From Phoronis australis (taxonomy: Eukaryota; Animalia; Phoronida), in contig NMRA01000210.1 in NCBI GenBank assembly GCA_002633005.1, positions 248,001 to 312,000 on the forward strand: DNA of 64,000 bases, read 5' to 3'. Numbering within the stretch: the stretch's first letter is position 1; each line of letters starts with the position of its first letter. The position numbers were made by a program, and so were the translations under genes. Under the pieces are notes generated by a model. That model saw only the letters and a program-made list of their open reading frames with translations. It had not been told where the DNA came from and ran no database searches. Shown piece after piece: positions 24,395 through 38,100 of this stretch.

Positions 24395-26064
24395 AGGAGA
24401 ATGCCACCCGATTTAATTAGTCTTTTTTGCCGTCTTAATCGGTCTATATCCACATCACCTCGCATACTGTCGACCTTACCTTGTCAAGAGGTGTCGCGTC
24501 AACCTGTGAGGAAGGTGAGAAACGACGCTAGCGACGGCAGTGGTTCATATATGCAGAGTGAATGCCGCTATGTTGCGGTGCATCGTTCCCGCTTGTCCGA
24601 ACTAAGCAGCTGCAAGGAAAGCGGGTATATCGTTTTTTTTTACTTCCTGGAGAGTCCAAAATGCTTAGGAAGTGGCTCATGATAGTGAAGAATGAAATGT
24701 ACGCTGTAAATAGCAAGTATGAGGCCGTGAAACATCTCCGTGTCTGTGGCTTGCAGACGTCGACAGTGCCTGACGAATGCCGGCTTACCAAATAACTTCA
24801 TACGTTCCGTTGTCTGAGCTTGTTCACGGCGCCTCTCTGTTATTTCTTCATCACTGTATTCCTGTTCGTATTAATAGCCTGTAAAATTTAACGATCCACC
24901 TGCGAAGTCGGGACTGATGAGCTCTAGCTCTCTAAGTCGGGATGCGTTTATTACTGAGCGTTCTGTTTCAAAATGAATTATTCTCACCCTAAGCAGTACT
25001 TATATAAAACTGAAACAAAGTCTGACTCATTAGATGCAATTTGTCATGCCTTTGGAGTATTCGTGAGTGCAAATAATTTGAGAAGCCAGCAATGAATAAA
25101 TCACTGCGTTACCGGCTTTAGGTGCAATAAAACTAATTGACGGGACACCGAGGCCGTGTGAGCTCATGCTAATTTAGTGTTTGCTGGCAGAAATTGTTGT
25201 GAAACAACTCGATTTCTATCCCACGACCAGGTGTTAGGGGAATCTTTATTTACATTTACATTACTCTAATAATGATTGTCAATGTACAAGTTCTGCCCTG
25301 TCGGTGCTGTGGCCAAAGCGGAACCTGAATTCTCGGCCCCCGACGAGTAAGTAGATTTGCAGTTTCGTGGCTAATTCACCAACATAAGCACGTGCACATT
25401 ACCTTGGCTCACTAGTATAGTATTTTCTTGACTGGAAGTTTAGTTTCCACTGAACTTTGGCTGGTTGATGTTCGTGATGTCTGATCAGTTTCCGAGCTAC
25501 TACCTGGCCGGGATAACGAGTCAATCCGGCCGGCCACGGCGACGGGCCTGATCGGGCTCCCGAGCCACTGGCCAGGATAACAAGCGTTTTGTGTTTAGAA
25601 CTCAAAAAATTACAAGTCAAAACAACACAGATCTAGGTTCTCCTGTCTGTATCTCACGGAAAATACTTCGAAATTATCTCCGAACAGACCCCAAACTCCT
25701 GCTACGGACCTTATTGGCCTGCCGAACTTTGTAGCGAGGCTACGGTGTGTCCAAATGCCAATAAATCCGTAAGAGCGAAATAGAACAACACGTTTTTATA
25801 AGAACTCGGTGTATTTTTAAGGGTTTTACATCGAAGTTAGATTTATTGGTGTTAAACGATGACTTCAAGCGATAAGCTGACACCAGTAACCCGTGTTGTG
25901 AACTGCTGAACAGACTGTGTGTGAAACCGATGACGTCATTGGATAATTTCAACACCTCCGTCTGCCGTCAGGTGTCAGGTAACGCAACCGTACGTGTCGT
26001 CATGGATTAGAACTACTCGATCTAAATTGATACAAATTAGGTTGTTTTTGGGTGGCATGCTCCT
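24395..26064 (+). mobile_element. Kolobok-type DNA transposon derivative with a THAP-domain relic
   Basis: TTAA|AGGAGAATGCCACCC ... GGGTGGCATGCTCCT|TTAA; frameshifted CIVPACPN*..GISFF.LP..LRKWLMIVKN..LRVCGL at about 24562-24755. Confidence 0.85.
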
Positions 26065-26072
26065 TTAAGCGG

Positions 26073-26659
26073 TGAGCATTGTCCATGTGACTGTCAAAAT
26101 CAAGCATGTGATGTAAATTAATATCAGCAAGGCATGCCATAACACTCAGTGTGCAAATCACGATTTAAGGCACAATTGTCAGTTTGGTAGTTGGTTAATG
26201 TTCACCAGCAAAAGTGGAGCGATCACAAATGCTAGATATCGACACGCGATAACAGAAAATATAGAGTTTGCACTCAATCGTTACGGNAACAAAATACTTA
26301 TCTATGTTATGTGCTATCGGCAAATGTGATTGATTCATAAATAAGACCCTCACGCTGTGTTTTCTGCGAATCCCAAGTATTCTGAAGGGGGCTAACAGAG
26401 TGATTTTCGCGCATGCGCAATTCACGGTTTCAATATTGCTGGTAATGAGCATTGTCCATGTGACTGTCAAAATCAAGCATGTGATGTAAATTAATATCAG
26501 CAAGGCATGCCATAACACTCAGTGTGCAAATCACGATTTAAGGCACAATTGTCAGTTTGGTAGTTGGTTAATGTTCACCAGCAAAAGTGGAGCGATCACA
26601 AATGCTAGATATCGACACGCGATAACAGAAAATATAGAGTTTGCACTCAATCGTTACGG
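26073..26659. repeat. Apparently exact 214-bp direct duplication around a single N (26073-26286 = 26446-26659)
   Basis: Copies look identical; the first ends exactly at the N at 26287. Confidence 0.9.
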
Positions 26660-28040
26660 CATGTGCAACCGAAAGGAAAACAGTGTACACGGGACAACAT
26701 AAAGACTACTGTAGTAAAATACAAAATGAGATTCTACGACAAGATGTCTGCACTCGAGAGACACGTGCCGAATATCCAGTGAGCATGGCAATATCCACCA
26801 GTATCTCAGCGGAGTGAGACGCACAGTACCACAACAGGTATATATGGCTAATGTTACAGAGTCAATATCTCATGATTACACGCCGAAGTTCAAATCTCGT
26901 ATACACCTACCGTCACTCATTGTCTACAGTCTCTTCAGTGTATGGGGTCACTCATAGATTCAATAGTCCTTATCAGCGGAACAGTGGAGATAGGTCAACG
27001 GAGTTCATGTTCTGAGCGCAGTGGTCAGTGAGCACCGTCCCGTTTGCAGAGCAAGAACGTTCTATGACGTATAAACCAGTCCAAATTAAAGCTAATAAAA
27101 TCTGTCCTTCCACTGCGCTCCCCTATAGTGCATGATGAGGTTGGAGTGATCGTATCACGAACCGTCGCACATCTAGTGCACTAATCGGTAGCATTTCTCT
27201 AGTCTCATTCAACGTCCTTCGGTGAACACAGTGACATTCTCTGTCAAGTTGCTGATACTACAGCCCCCAGAGACACGCTTTTTCATGCGCGGTGCTCTGC
27301 ATAACTCTTCTCATAACTCCTGAATATCGCACTGCATGATCACAGCAATTAGCATCCAGAATAAAGTGTATATTTGTTTTGAATTTTGGCTTGTGTCTTA
27401 GTAATAGGCATGTGGAAGACTATTAAATTACTGAAGATATAAAATTCCATTTGTGCTAATGTGGTCGTGTTGCGTGTGAACGCTTTAGAACTCCTACGGC
27501 CCACTGGCTTAGCTTTGGCAATATTGACCTACATATTTTTATATCAATGACAATCGATATGAGTTCCGACCAATCACGCTTACAAAATACATGGTTTGGC
27601 TTTTATTCAGCCAGGTACGAGCTGAACTTCAGACCCGACCTGTACAGTGGCTCGGATCTGAATCTGGCTAACTGATAGGACGTAGATGTACATGCTAGTC
27701 TCGGCTACTGTAACAAGGAAGGCGGTATATGAGGTAATGCGAGAGCTAGACGCATACTGTATTCCTTCTGTCTAATGGACGCCAAGATACGAAAGCGAGC
27801 TCAGTGTTTTTCATGCATGGCGTGTTGACAGCCAGAAAATAAGAATCTTGATTTCAGTATTTGCCTATTGCTGTAATTTACTGAATAACTTAGGCGGTGA
27901 GAACACCGAGTAAAATGATAGTGTACCTAAAGGAGTGTGTCCTCTCATCAGCGGCCGATAGGAACTGGCGGGGATAAGGTTTGAGTCCACCTTAGGCTAC
28001 GTTACGACTTTCCAATGCAAGTTAAGGTAACCTGATACTA

Positions 28041-28349
28041 AGGTGGTGCTAAGATGGCTTCCAATTAGCGTAATGTGAACGAGAAGTTGATCTTAAGATA
28101 ATTCCCATAGTTTCGGCCATATTTAAACACGTATGCATATCAATCAAGTAGCTTCTAAATCAATTTTTAAAAGTAAATGCACCTGTATGCGAAGCATTAC
28201 GATAACCCAAAACAGCAGATGGTGACATTTAAAGAATGAATAAAAATGACTGATGAAATCCCCAATTGAAGACATAAACTTACTCCAGGAACAAGTGTCC
28301 AGGGATAAGACAAACTAATTTGGGAGATCTTCTCACCTTAGCACCACCT
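28041..28349. mobile_element. MITE-like element
   Basis: 13-bp perfect TIR AGGTGGTGCTAAG / CTTAGCACCACCT plus subterminal TCCAATTAG / CTAATTTGGGA; no clear TSD. Confidence 0.55.
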
Positions 28350-29182
28350 GTTCCTGCTGATCTCTGAAGCGTTGCAAAACCAGTCTCGAAGTGTGAGTAC
28401 TTTTCAAGAACATGAAATTATTGTTGATTTTTCGTTGTTTTTATAGATATTAATAACATTCTCGCCTACCCCCACACACATAAATGTGTTCATTGAGTTT
28501 GTTATACACACCAAACCACACACATATTTGTGTGTGGGTGTGTAAGACAAATTCAACATTATTATTGATATCCATATTAACAACATGCACATACACGGTG
28601 TACCTAAAGATTTCTGTGATAATGCCAGAGCATTTTGTTAAAAACTAATTTGTTTAGCATACTTTAAGTCATAAAAAGAATCACATTTGGGGTTGCATTT
28701 TAAGGGATTTCAAACACACTGACGGTTAACTTTGTTCTCCGCCATTTACATTATGCTATACTTATCATTCGGCGTATGGGCTAAAGCTGGGATATATAAA
28801 TTAAAGAGAAGAGAACTTTATAATTTTAATCGATGGTTACAAATGCCATATATTTTCCTGTGTGAGTAGAAAACTTCTCCTTTTGCTGTTAGAACTAATC
28901 CAAATGCGTCCTGTATTCCATACATGTATATACTATATTTTGTGATTTTAATTTCTGCTCGCTTTTATTTTTTGACAAACACAATTTTCTTGTCCCTTGC
29001 CTGATATTCCTAGGTTATTGTGTTTGAATCTCCAACAGTGGACCAGTTTTCAAAGTAGAACACTATCTAACGATATGTTAATTACCTGATTTGTCGAAAC
29101 GTACTACGTAAAATCAGGACCAGTCACGGCATTAATCATCCAAGTGGTCAGATAATGAATATTTTCTCTTTTTCCAGATTCC

Positions 29183-32100
29183 ATGTTCAGTGCTTCACAA
29201 AGAGACTTATCCGCCATGCATTGCGCAGCTGCATTGCTGATGATTCTTACTGGTGTTGCGTCATCAGCAGCAACTGACGTAACGTCAGATATACTTGTGG
29301 ATACTACATTTTATAAAAACCTGGGACCGTACGTATTCAAACGCGCAATCATCATCAAATCCGAAGCCACTCTCATCATTGAGGCAGGCACCGAAATACG
29401 TTGTGAAGTGAGCAACACGTACATTTTAAAAGTGGAAGGGACGTTGAAAGTGATGGGAACAAATGCCGCTAAAGTGCGTTTTGTGGTGGCTAGTACTTAC
29501 AAGGGCCAAGCGAACGGAATAGATACGCACACGGGTAATGTGGTAAGTGTTCTAATCACGACACTCCCAACTCGGACCCTGACCCATAATCTTCGCACAG
29601 TTATCTTACAAAAATACATAGTTCAACAATACATGGTATAGTGAGTTAATCATCATACACAGATCAAATGAAATGAAAGAGATTTAAATATGTTCATGCA
29701 TATACGCCGTGTGGGTGCATATTACCTTGGTCTCTCTGTCTGAGCGTTCCACGTCCGTTGCTCTATATTGACGGTAAGAAGCTGAAGAGCAAATGACGAC
29801 GAGTTTCGGACCGATCCCCTTACAGCTGTGATCCGTGTTGGCAGTTTTATCTGTACCTTTGGAGTTTATGGAATTTAGAAAAAAGTTTTTTTATTAAGGA
29901 AATAACCATGTCTTCCTGTCTTCAGGCGGATTTGGCGTATTCTGCGCCACCCAGTGGCCTACTTCAATTCTCGTTTTGGCGTCCGTCTCTCTATCCGCCA
30001 TATCCGAGCATCTCCTGGAAGATTTTTCAAAGATTTTCCATTTTTAACTCATGGGCTGCGTAGCACTGAAATAAGTGCTTATGGTGTGCCGCCCATGCCA
30101 AACTTACAGTGTAAACTGCAAACTGTCGTTTTTGCTATCCGTGGGTAAAACGATACAAGCTGACTGATGACCCAACGAGTGATTGATGCGATCAAACGCC
30201 TGAAACTCAATAGCCTACTTTCACGAATTACTCAGCAGATCATATGATAAAACAATCAGTGACTCTCACAGTCGGTCAAAATATTGGTCTTCAGTAATTT
30301 TGGGGTCTGAAAACCAATATATTGGCCGGGATGAAAGCAAACAATTGCCCTCGTTGTCCCCAATTCTTTGGTCGATTGCTGGAAATTACGATTCTTTTTT
30401 AAAGTCTGAAAACCACTCAACAGGTTTAAGGCTTCTTTGATCACATGTTATTGTTTTAAGTTTGGCCAAATCGGTGAAGTAGCCTAACTAAATTGCATTA
30501 AACCAATAACCACCCCTAGTAGCATACGGTAAGCAATGCACCACCGCGGGCGCTTAGAAACACTGTATTTCTATTGTTATCACTGACAGATTCCATTTGC
30601 TTAAATTTACAGAACATCCAACATGCAGACTTCCGTTACTTCAGCTCTGCCATGAATTTATATTGTTGCTACACTGGACAAACAGTGGTAGAAGACTCGT
30701 ACTTTGAAGGCAACTCGCTATGCTTCGCTGGATACTCGGGTAATGATATGCATATTAACCGCTGTCACTTCCGTCGGAATACAAGGGTGATGACGAGCTC
30801 AGATAAACGCATTGTAGACAGCATATTTGAAGAAAATGAGTGTGGTATATGCGGGGTCGAACGGTTCTCTGTCTACAACAGCGTCTTCAAGAATCACACA
30901 AACTTCGCCATCAGCGGCCGTGGCAACGTCATTAAGGGCTGTACTATAATTAACAACTACGGTGGCTACGACGAAGGCAACAGCGCCTCGTGTACCGTCG
31001 AGAACAATTTGTTTGCTGGTAATACGATTGGAATACGCTTGTACGGCACTAGTGCCAAGATAAACAATAACAACATAGGTGGCAACACTGAATGGAACAT
31101 CTACTTCAGAAATGAATTCGACTTTGTTGCAGGATCAAATTATTTTGGCTCTTCCGACGCCTCGATAGCAAAAAGTTACATTCGAGATGGATATTTGGCG
31201 TCTGGTGTAGGGCGCGTAATTCTATCTTCAGTAGCCCCGTCAATCATTAGTGGCGCAGGGGATAGCCAATACCAGTATCTTGCGCGATATCTTACAAAAA
31301 ATCCAAATTATAACCCTCTTCCGCCACTCGAAATGGGCAACATATTTGACAGCTTACACTGGAAGTTGGGGACTTATACATTTAGTGTTCGCACTGTCAT
31401 TTATACGGGAGCGACTCTAACTATTGGTGCAGGGGTTCAAGTTCTATTTAACCAATCCTCATCATTAGTTGTAAAAGGCAAGCTTCTTGTAGAGGGTTCT
31501 GCTACGTCGCCGGTACTATTCCGGCCAGTTAATGGTACTTCGAATTCTTTCGGTATTAATACCGATACCGGTAAGAGCAGCATTTCACACGCCTTATTTG
31601 ACGGGTTTTCAACTGCCATTAGGTTGAGGTGTTGTCATACAGGTTTAGTTGAGATCAATGACTCTGAGTTCACAAACAACGAGATTTGTGTGGCAGGTTA
31701 TATGGGCACTATGACTAAAATATCCAGAACAAAATTTCACAAAAACAGGCGTGTATTTGACTCAGCTGACAAAGAAGCACGCGACTGCACGTTCACCCTT
31801 AATCAGTGCGCATTTTGTGGAGTTGAACGAAGCAGTTGTTATAACTGTGTCTTTGAAAACCACACAAGCACAGCTGTCGCTGGAAGGGGAGGTGACATCA
31901 CAGGCTGCTTGTTCCAAAACAACAAAATCGCTCTTCAAGGGTCTTTCAGAGTAAGCGACAATTTGTTTCTGAACAACGTCATGGCGTTGTGGTTGACGAG
32001 TTCGTTTCAGTCGGTAAACGGCAACGATTTTTGTGGAACTCAAGAGTGGAATGTAGATTATAGCCACGATTCTTATCAAAGTTTACCTTACAACTATTGG

Positions 32101-35100
32101 GGAAGTACCAACATGACAGTCGTAAGAAGCAGCATCCGAGACGCTTACCAAAAGGCCAATGTTGGACTGTTAGATCTTGGTCAACTTCCAAGTGGTCCAG
32201 TTTCCACAAAAGGGAGGTTGTTACCTGAATGCAAGCCATCTACTTTCAACAAAAATTTCAGTCTAGACGACGCCCTTAAATTTGGAAACATTTTGGAAAA
32301 TACAACGTGGAGCTCAGGTGAGCGCGTTATATCTCGGTCGACTACCATTCTTCCCGGGGTTACTCTCACTATTAACGCGGGTGTTCGAGTTGTGTTTCAT
32401 GCGACCCTGAAAATAGTGGGTTCCCTGCTAGTTTTAGGGACTTCGAATAATCCTGTTGTTTTCAGCGCCGGTGCTAAGGTAGTAGGAATCAACGGTGATA
32501 CCGGAAACACAATTATTAAGTACGCCATCTTTGATGGCTTCTCCAGTGCGATTAGTTTGAGGTGTTGTCACCAAGGTCACGTTGAAGTCAACGACACCGT
32601 GTTCACGAACAACGGCGTAGCCGTGGATGGATATATGGGAACAATGGCTTACTTCCGTCGTTGTCGATTTGAAAATAATTTCAAGGTATGCACGAATGCG
32701 GACAAGATCTTCGAGGACTGCGTCTTTAACTCGAACACATTTGGTGTTTGTTGCGAGAGACACTCTGTTTACAGGTCATTATTTGTAAACCATACATTTG
32801 CAATTCAAGGAAGAGGAGGAGACGTCATCGACTGCGTTTTCGTGAACAATGGTGTCGCGTATCAAAGTGCAGGCTATACGTTCAGGTAAACCAACAAAAC
32901 TTTAACATATTAAAGGAAAATACGCAGTTGTGTTTAAAATGTAATTGATGGAAACATTATTAGTAAATATATATATATGCAAAATAATCTCCTGGGTTTG
33001 AGGAGTCTTCTGGTTCCTTGTACTTTGGAATAGAAAAATAATGTAAGAAGGCGATATACACTAGGAATCGAGCAGTTGCCATTCTCTAGCAGAAGGAAAC
33101 AAATGGCTTCACAACGTCGGGAAATTTCTCTGAACTTCCTGGAGTTTTCATACATATACTCCAAGTACTTCAGCAGATGAATACTTACGGTGATAATGTA
33201 AATTAAAATTTAAATGGTTAGCACCGATTTTTCTCAGAACGTGCACGTTGGCAAGACACCAGTGGCTGGTTGCATGAAACAGTCCCAAATAGGGGCTCAA
33301 ACAGGAACTCATAATAAAGATAAAGTGATAGAAAAAATATTATATCTGTGCCTAAAGAACGAAAGAAATACGAAAAAGACTTGGAGAACTTAGTTGAGTC
33401 CCTATTTGGGATTGTTTCATGCCACCGGGCACAGGGGCCCGTTTCAAGAACGTTTTTGATTGGCAGCATGACATTTTTTAAACATGGCACATCAGTGGGT
33501 GTGACCCCGTTGTCAGCTGTGTGACGTCATGGAAGTGCCAAGGCGTTGTTGAGACACGCTCCCTAAAGACAATTTAGTTTACCGTCTAATTTTTAGGAAC
33601 AACGTGGTGACGGGTAACAGAATAGGTGTTCAGTATAGGTCAACAGGCAAAGACTTTACACACAATATGGTGTGTGGCAACAATGAGTGGAACTTGCAAC
33701 ACACTGATAATGACGATGCCAGCCTAGATTGCAACTGGTTGGGTGGGTATTTGTGTTGCATAAGAGCAACTTCAACCATTTCATGGAATGTTGAGAATGG
33801 TTAGCTTGATGAACACGTAAAGAGTAAAAACGAGGGGTTGCGAGATGGAGTTGTCCGCGTCAGTGCGCAACGCCTTGGGTACATAGCCTCAAGTTTGATC
33901 GGATATGTTTCATATAGTAATGCGAATGTGCAAGCTTCAATTATTACAGCGAAGAGATTTGGCCAACTCCCAAGGACAATTTGATGCTACAAAAATACCC
34001 CGAGCACTTGAATGGTGTAGAGATTGTGAACTGGGATGATTGAACTGGGCGGTTGTTTTTAAGGCTGCTGAGCCTTAGTTTGGAATGAAGATGTCTACCG
34101 TTTTTAGACTTGCTTCAAGTTGCTCCTTTATTAGATTAAAAGTAATTTTTGATCTTGGGAGGAACTTACATTTCGTTTTTGCATGAGACCATGATCGACA
34201 TCGAAAACGCCCCTATCACCGGGTCAGTTTAACTTAGCCGAGCAATTGAGAACTGCTGGTTCTTCCGTATAACAAAAATTACTTCCAATCACATGCGCGC
34301 ACTCAGCCTGAAATATAAGGGGTTTCGAATTTTTCGGTACGCGGACCTTCTACTGAAAAACATCGACGAGGACTAAAAAAACAAAAAAGGGGCCACTAGG
34401 TTCAGGCCTACGAATTGTGCATCCCCGTCGAATTCTTGTCGACTTTGTGGAGTTTTGTCTCGTTTGCTCGGACTTTTTGTTTCATTGAGACGGATCTTTT
34501 TGCCCAGCTCGTTCGAGCCCCCCGAGCCCCTCCTCCCGGGTGTGCCCATGAATCAAAGTAAGGAACAAAGAGAGCCGAGTTGCAAAAGAGCACGTTGTAT
34601 GATTGAATTGAAAAGTATTTTTGGAAGAAGGGTTTATAGCAGATTTGGACCTCTTACACCTAACACTTGAAAACTGGTTTATGCTTGCTTTAGTTTGCAT
34701 GTTGCTCAATCTGTTCTCATTTAAACTAAATAGAATGATTATGGACGGGTTTTGATGAACTTTTCAGAAATACTAGAAACGAGCAAAAACCCTAGTCGGG
34801 CCGGTACATGCGTGAATTGCCACTAATAATACGTTTGTTTTGGCACAAATTAACTAAAAAATTTCCAGTTAATTCAAAGCAATACGCTGGATAAATGCCA
34901 TATTTTGAAGTAAATCTATACAGACATGGACCTGGCAATCTCAAAAGAATAACTTGTGAATACATTTTCAGAACATATTGAGGGTGAATCCCGTTATGGA
35001 GGGTACAATGCTTCGATGCTTTGTTTTAGGCAGTGTCAATGTCAATGTAAGAGAAACAATTAGACGTTATGATATGCCGTCTGGTTTCAGTTGCTTGTGC

Positions 35101-38100
35101 ATAAAATAATGAATCATTGGCTTTCTTTCCGCCATTGCTACCTTGTTTGAACATTGTCGGAAGTTGACTGGGATTAGTTTAAATGGTAGAAATGTTTTGT
35201 GACGTGCGTGATTGGAGAGAGAATGATTAAACCCAGTAATTAATTTATTATATGATAACTTCTAATTAAAACAAGTGATGCCTGTTTTTAATTAAGTTTA
35301 TTATGAAGCAGAGTAATCACACTAGCGCCCCCTGTAAGGATAGCTTCAATCAAGTGTCCATAAATAAACGTATTTTCTGCTATCAAAGCTGTAGGACTTG
35401 ACACTAGTTGGATGACAGTCCTGTTGATCGATCCTTGTACTAACACACACTGCACTGCGACAGTGTACTTGCTGGTCACAATACTTCGTAAAGTAACACG
35501 TAGTACTGCTCTACCCGCGATACACTACGCTGGCCACACTCCCGTTCGTGACGCAATGACACCTGTAGGCAGTATCCGACTACTCACGATTCCTTTTTTC
35601 TGGTCACTGTCCCTCGTGACGCAGCTCGAGTAGGTAGTATCTTATGTACCCACAATGCAGGCATAGACTATTGCTAACAAGTATCTATGATGCAAGTGAT
35701 CAGCTCCTAGTTGTTCGATAACCCTTGCCCTTGCCAAGATCCTCCGTAGAATCTTCTACGAAATGGCAAATCCTATAGCTTCAACTACCAAACTCTTATC
35801 TGACTTTTTTCCAGACTTCTGTTCAAATTATAATGCACTTACTGATTGATTAGCTAATAAAAATACACGATTATATCAGATCATGTTACGATCTAAATCT
35901 CAGACATTTCTGGGATGCTCACAGCTAGTGCATTTAACCCAGATCAAAAAATAGATGTAGATATTATAAGTACATGTAAACAAGTTTGACCTCAAAAAGT
36001 ACAAATGCACAACTTCAATGGAACTATCTCTATTAATTACATATTCAATATTTATTCAGACAAATATTATTCTGACAAACATACAGGTGCTGGGAGTGCT
36101 TTACAGGCACGTAAAAAGATCCAAGATGGTTACAGCGGAGGAGGCATTGGAACTGTAGATATCCACTCTTCTTGGTTGACTTCATTGCCGAATCGCTACC
36201 CAAACATATCGACGCTGGGGATACCTGTCGATCAGTGTATAAACAAGCCATGCAACGCTGAACGTGACTGTTCCAGTAAGAGAAGATACAGTTCTTTCCT
36301 ATTTGTTTTACATAATGTTGTGAAAATAAACATGCTGCCACCTGGCGGAATTTTCATGTTATTCAAAAAACAAAAATAAGATTTGAATGTAATGTAAGGC
36401 AACTCATTAAGTTTTTGGTTATCAAAAAAGACAAAAAATCGTTTTGAAGAGATAAATGCTGATAATCTAGCTAATCTGATATTCTTTCCAGGCAATGGTC
36501 TTTGTACTGTAGATGGCAGCTGTAAGTGCCTGATTGGTTGGACGGGGACTGACTGCAGTATTTGTGAACTCGGCTTACAGTCAACAGAAACCGGACCAAA
36601 GTGTACAGAGAGCTGTGAGCAAATAGCTGACTGCGCCACCTGTCTGACTAAGCATACATGCGTCTGGTGTAGAATGGCACACACCTCTGTCTGCACCAAC
36701 ATTCTCAACAGCACACTTATTTGTGACTCACGTCAAAAAGACATGTGTCAAAATGAAGACTTTAACGTGTCTCAGGCCATTTTTGAACGCACAGGTACTA
36801 TTGTATCGGTGAAGTTTAATATGCCGACTGACCGCGCTGGTTTCTCCAACGTATTCTTCCCTTGTGACTACGTATTGAGCTTGGAAACTGTGCAGACGTT
36901 AGGAAATGGTTTCAGGTGTCGCTGGAGCAGTGCCAGGCAGTTAGTTATCTTTCTGGGATCTGCTTTCAGACTCAGACCCCAAGGTTTGGTCGACGTCCGA
37001 GAAACTAATCTCACTTTTCGAGCTGGAAGTGTCCTTTCTAACATTACAGGCCAGGCTCTTCAACGGGTTTCAGTGTCTGTGTCTCCTCCCGTTGAAATTC
37101 CAAAACCAACCGTTGCTGTTAAAGTACCGACTTTCATTGGAACGTGCGGTGACCTATTTCTGGATGGAAGCAACACGTACGATCCTACTGCACAACTTAA
37201 CGCGATGTGGGTTTGTGAAGAGGGTTGCTCTGAAGACATTAGGAATGCGCTGTTGTCCATCTATTGTGATGGGAGCGGTTGCACAAAAAGCCAACAATGT
37301 ATAAAAAAAGGAGACGATTCTCTTTCTATAATAATACCTCGTGCACTTTTGAAATATGGCGAAACATATCAGTTCCGGTTGCATGTCTCCAATCTTTTTG
37401 GTTTTGTTGTGTCAAGTGATTTGATAAACGTCACCGTAACAACCAAACCAGCCTTGCTAGTGCGAATGCTCACACCAGTGATCACGGCTAAAAGGCTAGA
37501 ACTGGTAGAAATCCGCTCACAGGTCAAACTTCCTGAATGTGGGTTTCAGAGTTTACCAAAATTGAGATATTCGTGGCTTCGTGACACCGAAGTCTACGTC
37601 CCGCTTATAACCAACAACACCACCCAAAAATATAAGGGCTTACTGGCCAAGAAAAGCTCATTGTTTATTCTTCCGGATTCTCTCGGCTACAACCCAAATT
37701 ACACAAACATCTTTAACGTACGGGTGGAAGACGACACAGCTCAATACGAAAGCGGCACGGCCTCGGCGATCGTAAGAGTTGTTCAACAACCTTTACAACT
37801 ATTCATTGTTGGCCACGGCGGCTCTTTCGTAAAGACACAAAACATTACCATGGAGGCGATAGGTAAAGACCCTATGTCGAGGAATCAAAGTTTAGGAGAG
37901 TTTACGTGGAAATGCTTTACCAGGGAAGTTACTGGTGCCCTCGTCGATTGTCCCGGAAACACCTTTGTTCAAGTCGAGTTTCTCAAAGGTCCAGTTCTGT
38001 CCCTAATTGTTCCAGCCAATGGATTCCAAGAAGGTCAGTACGAATTTGCAGTACTGTGGACGACTGCATTCCGCACCGTTACTGCGACAGCGGATATCCG

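Noticed and set aside
26073-26659. 214-bp direct repeats as an LTR pair or biological duplication
   Set aside because: The copies look identical, the first ends exactly at a single N, and there is no TG..CA, PBS or PPT; most likely a contig-overlap artefact
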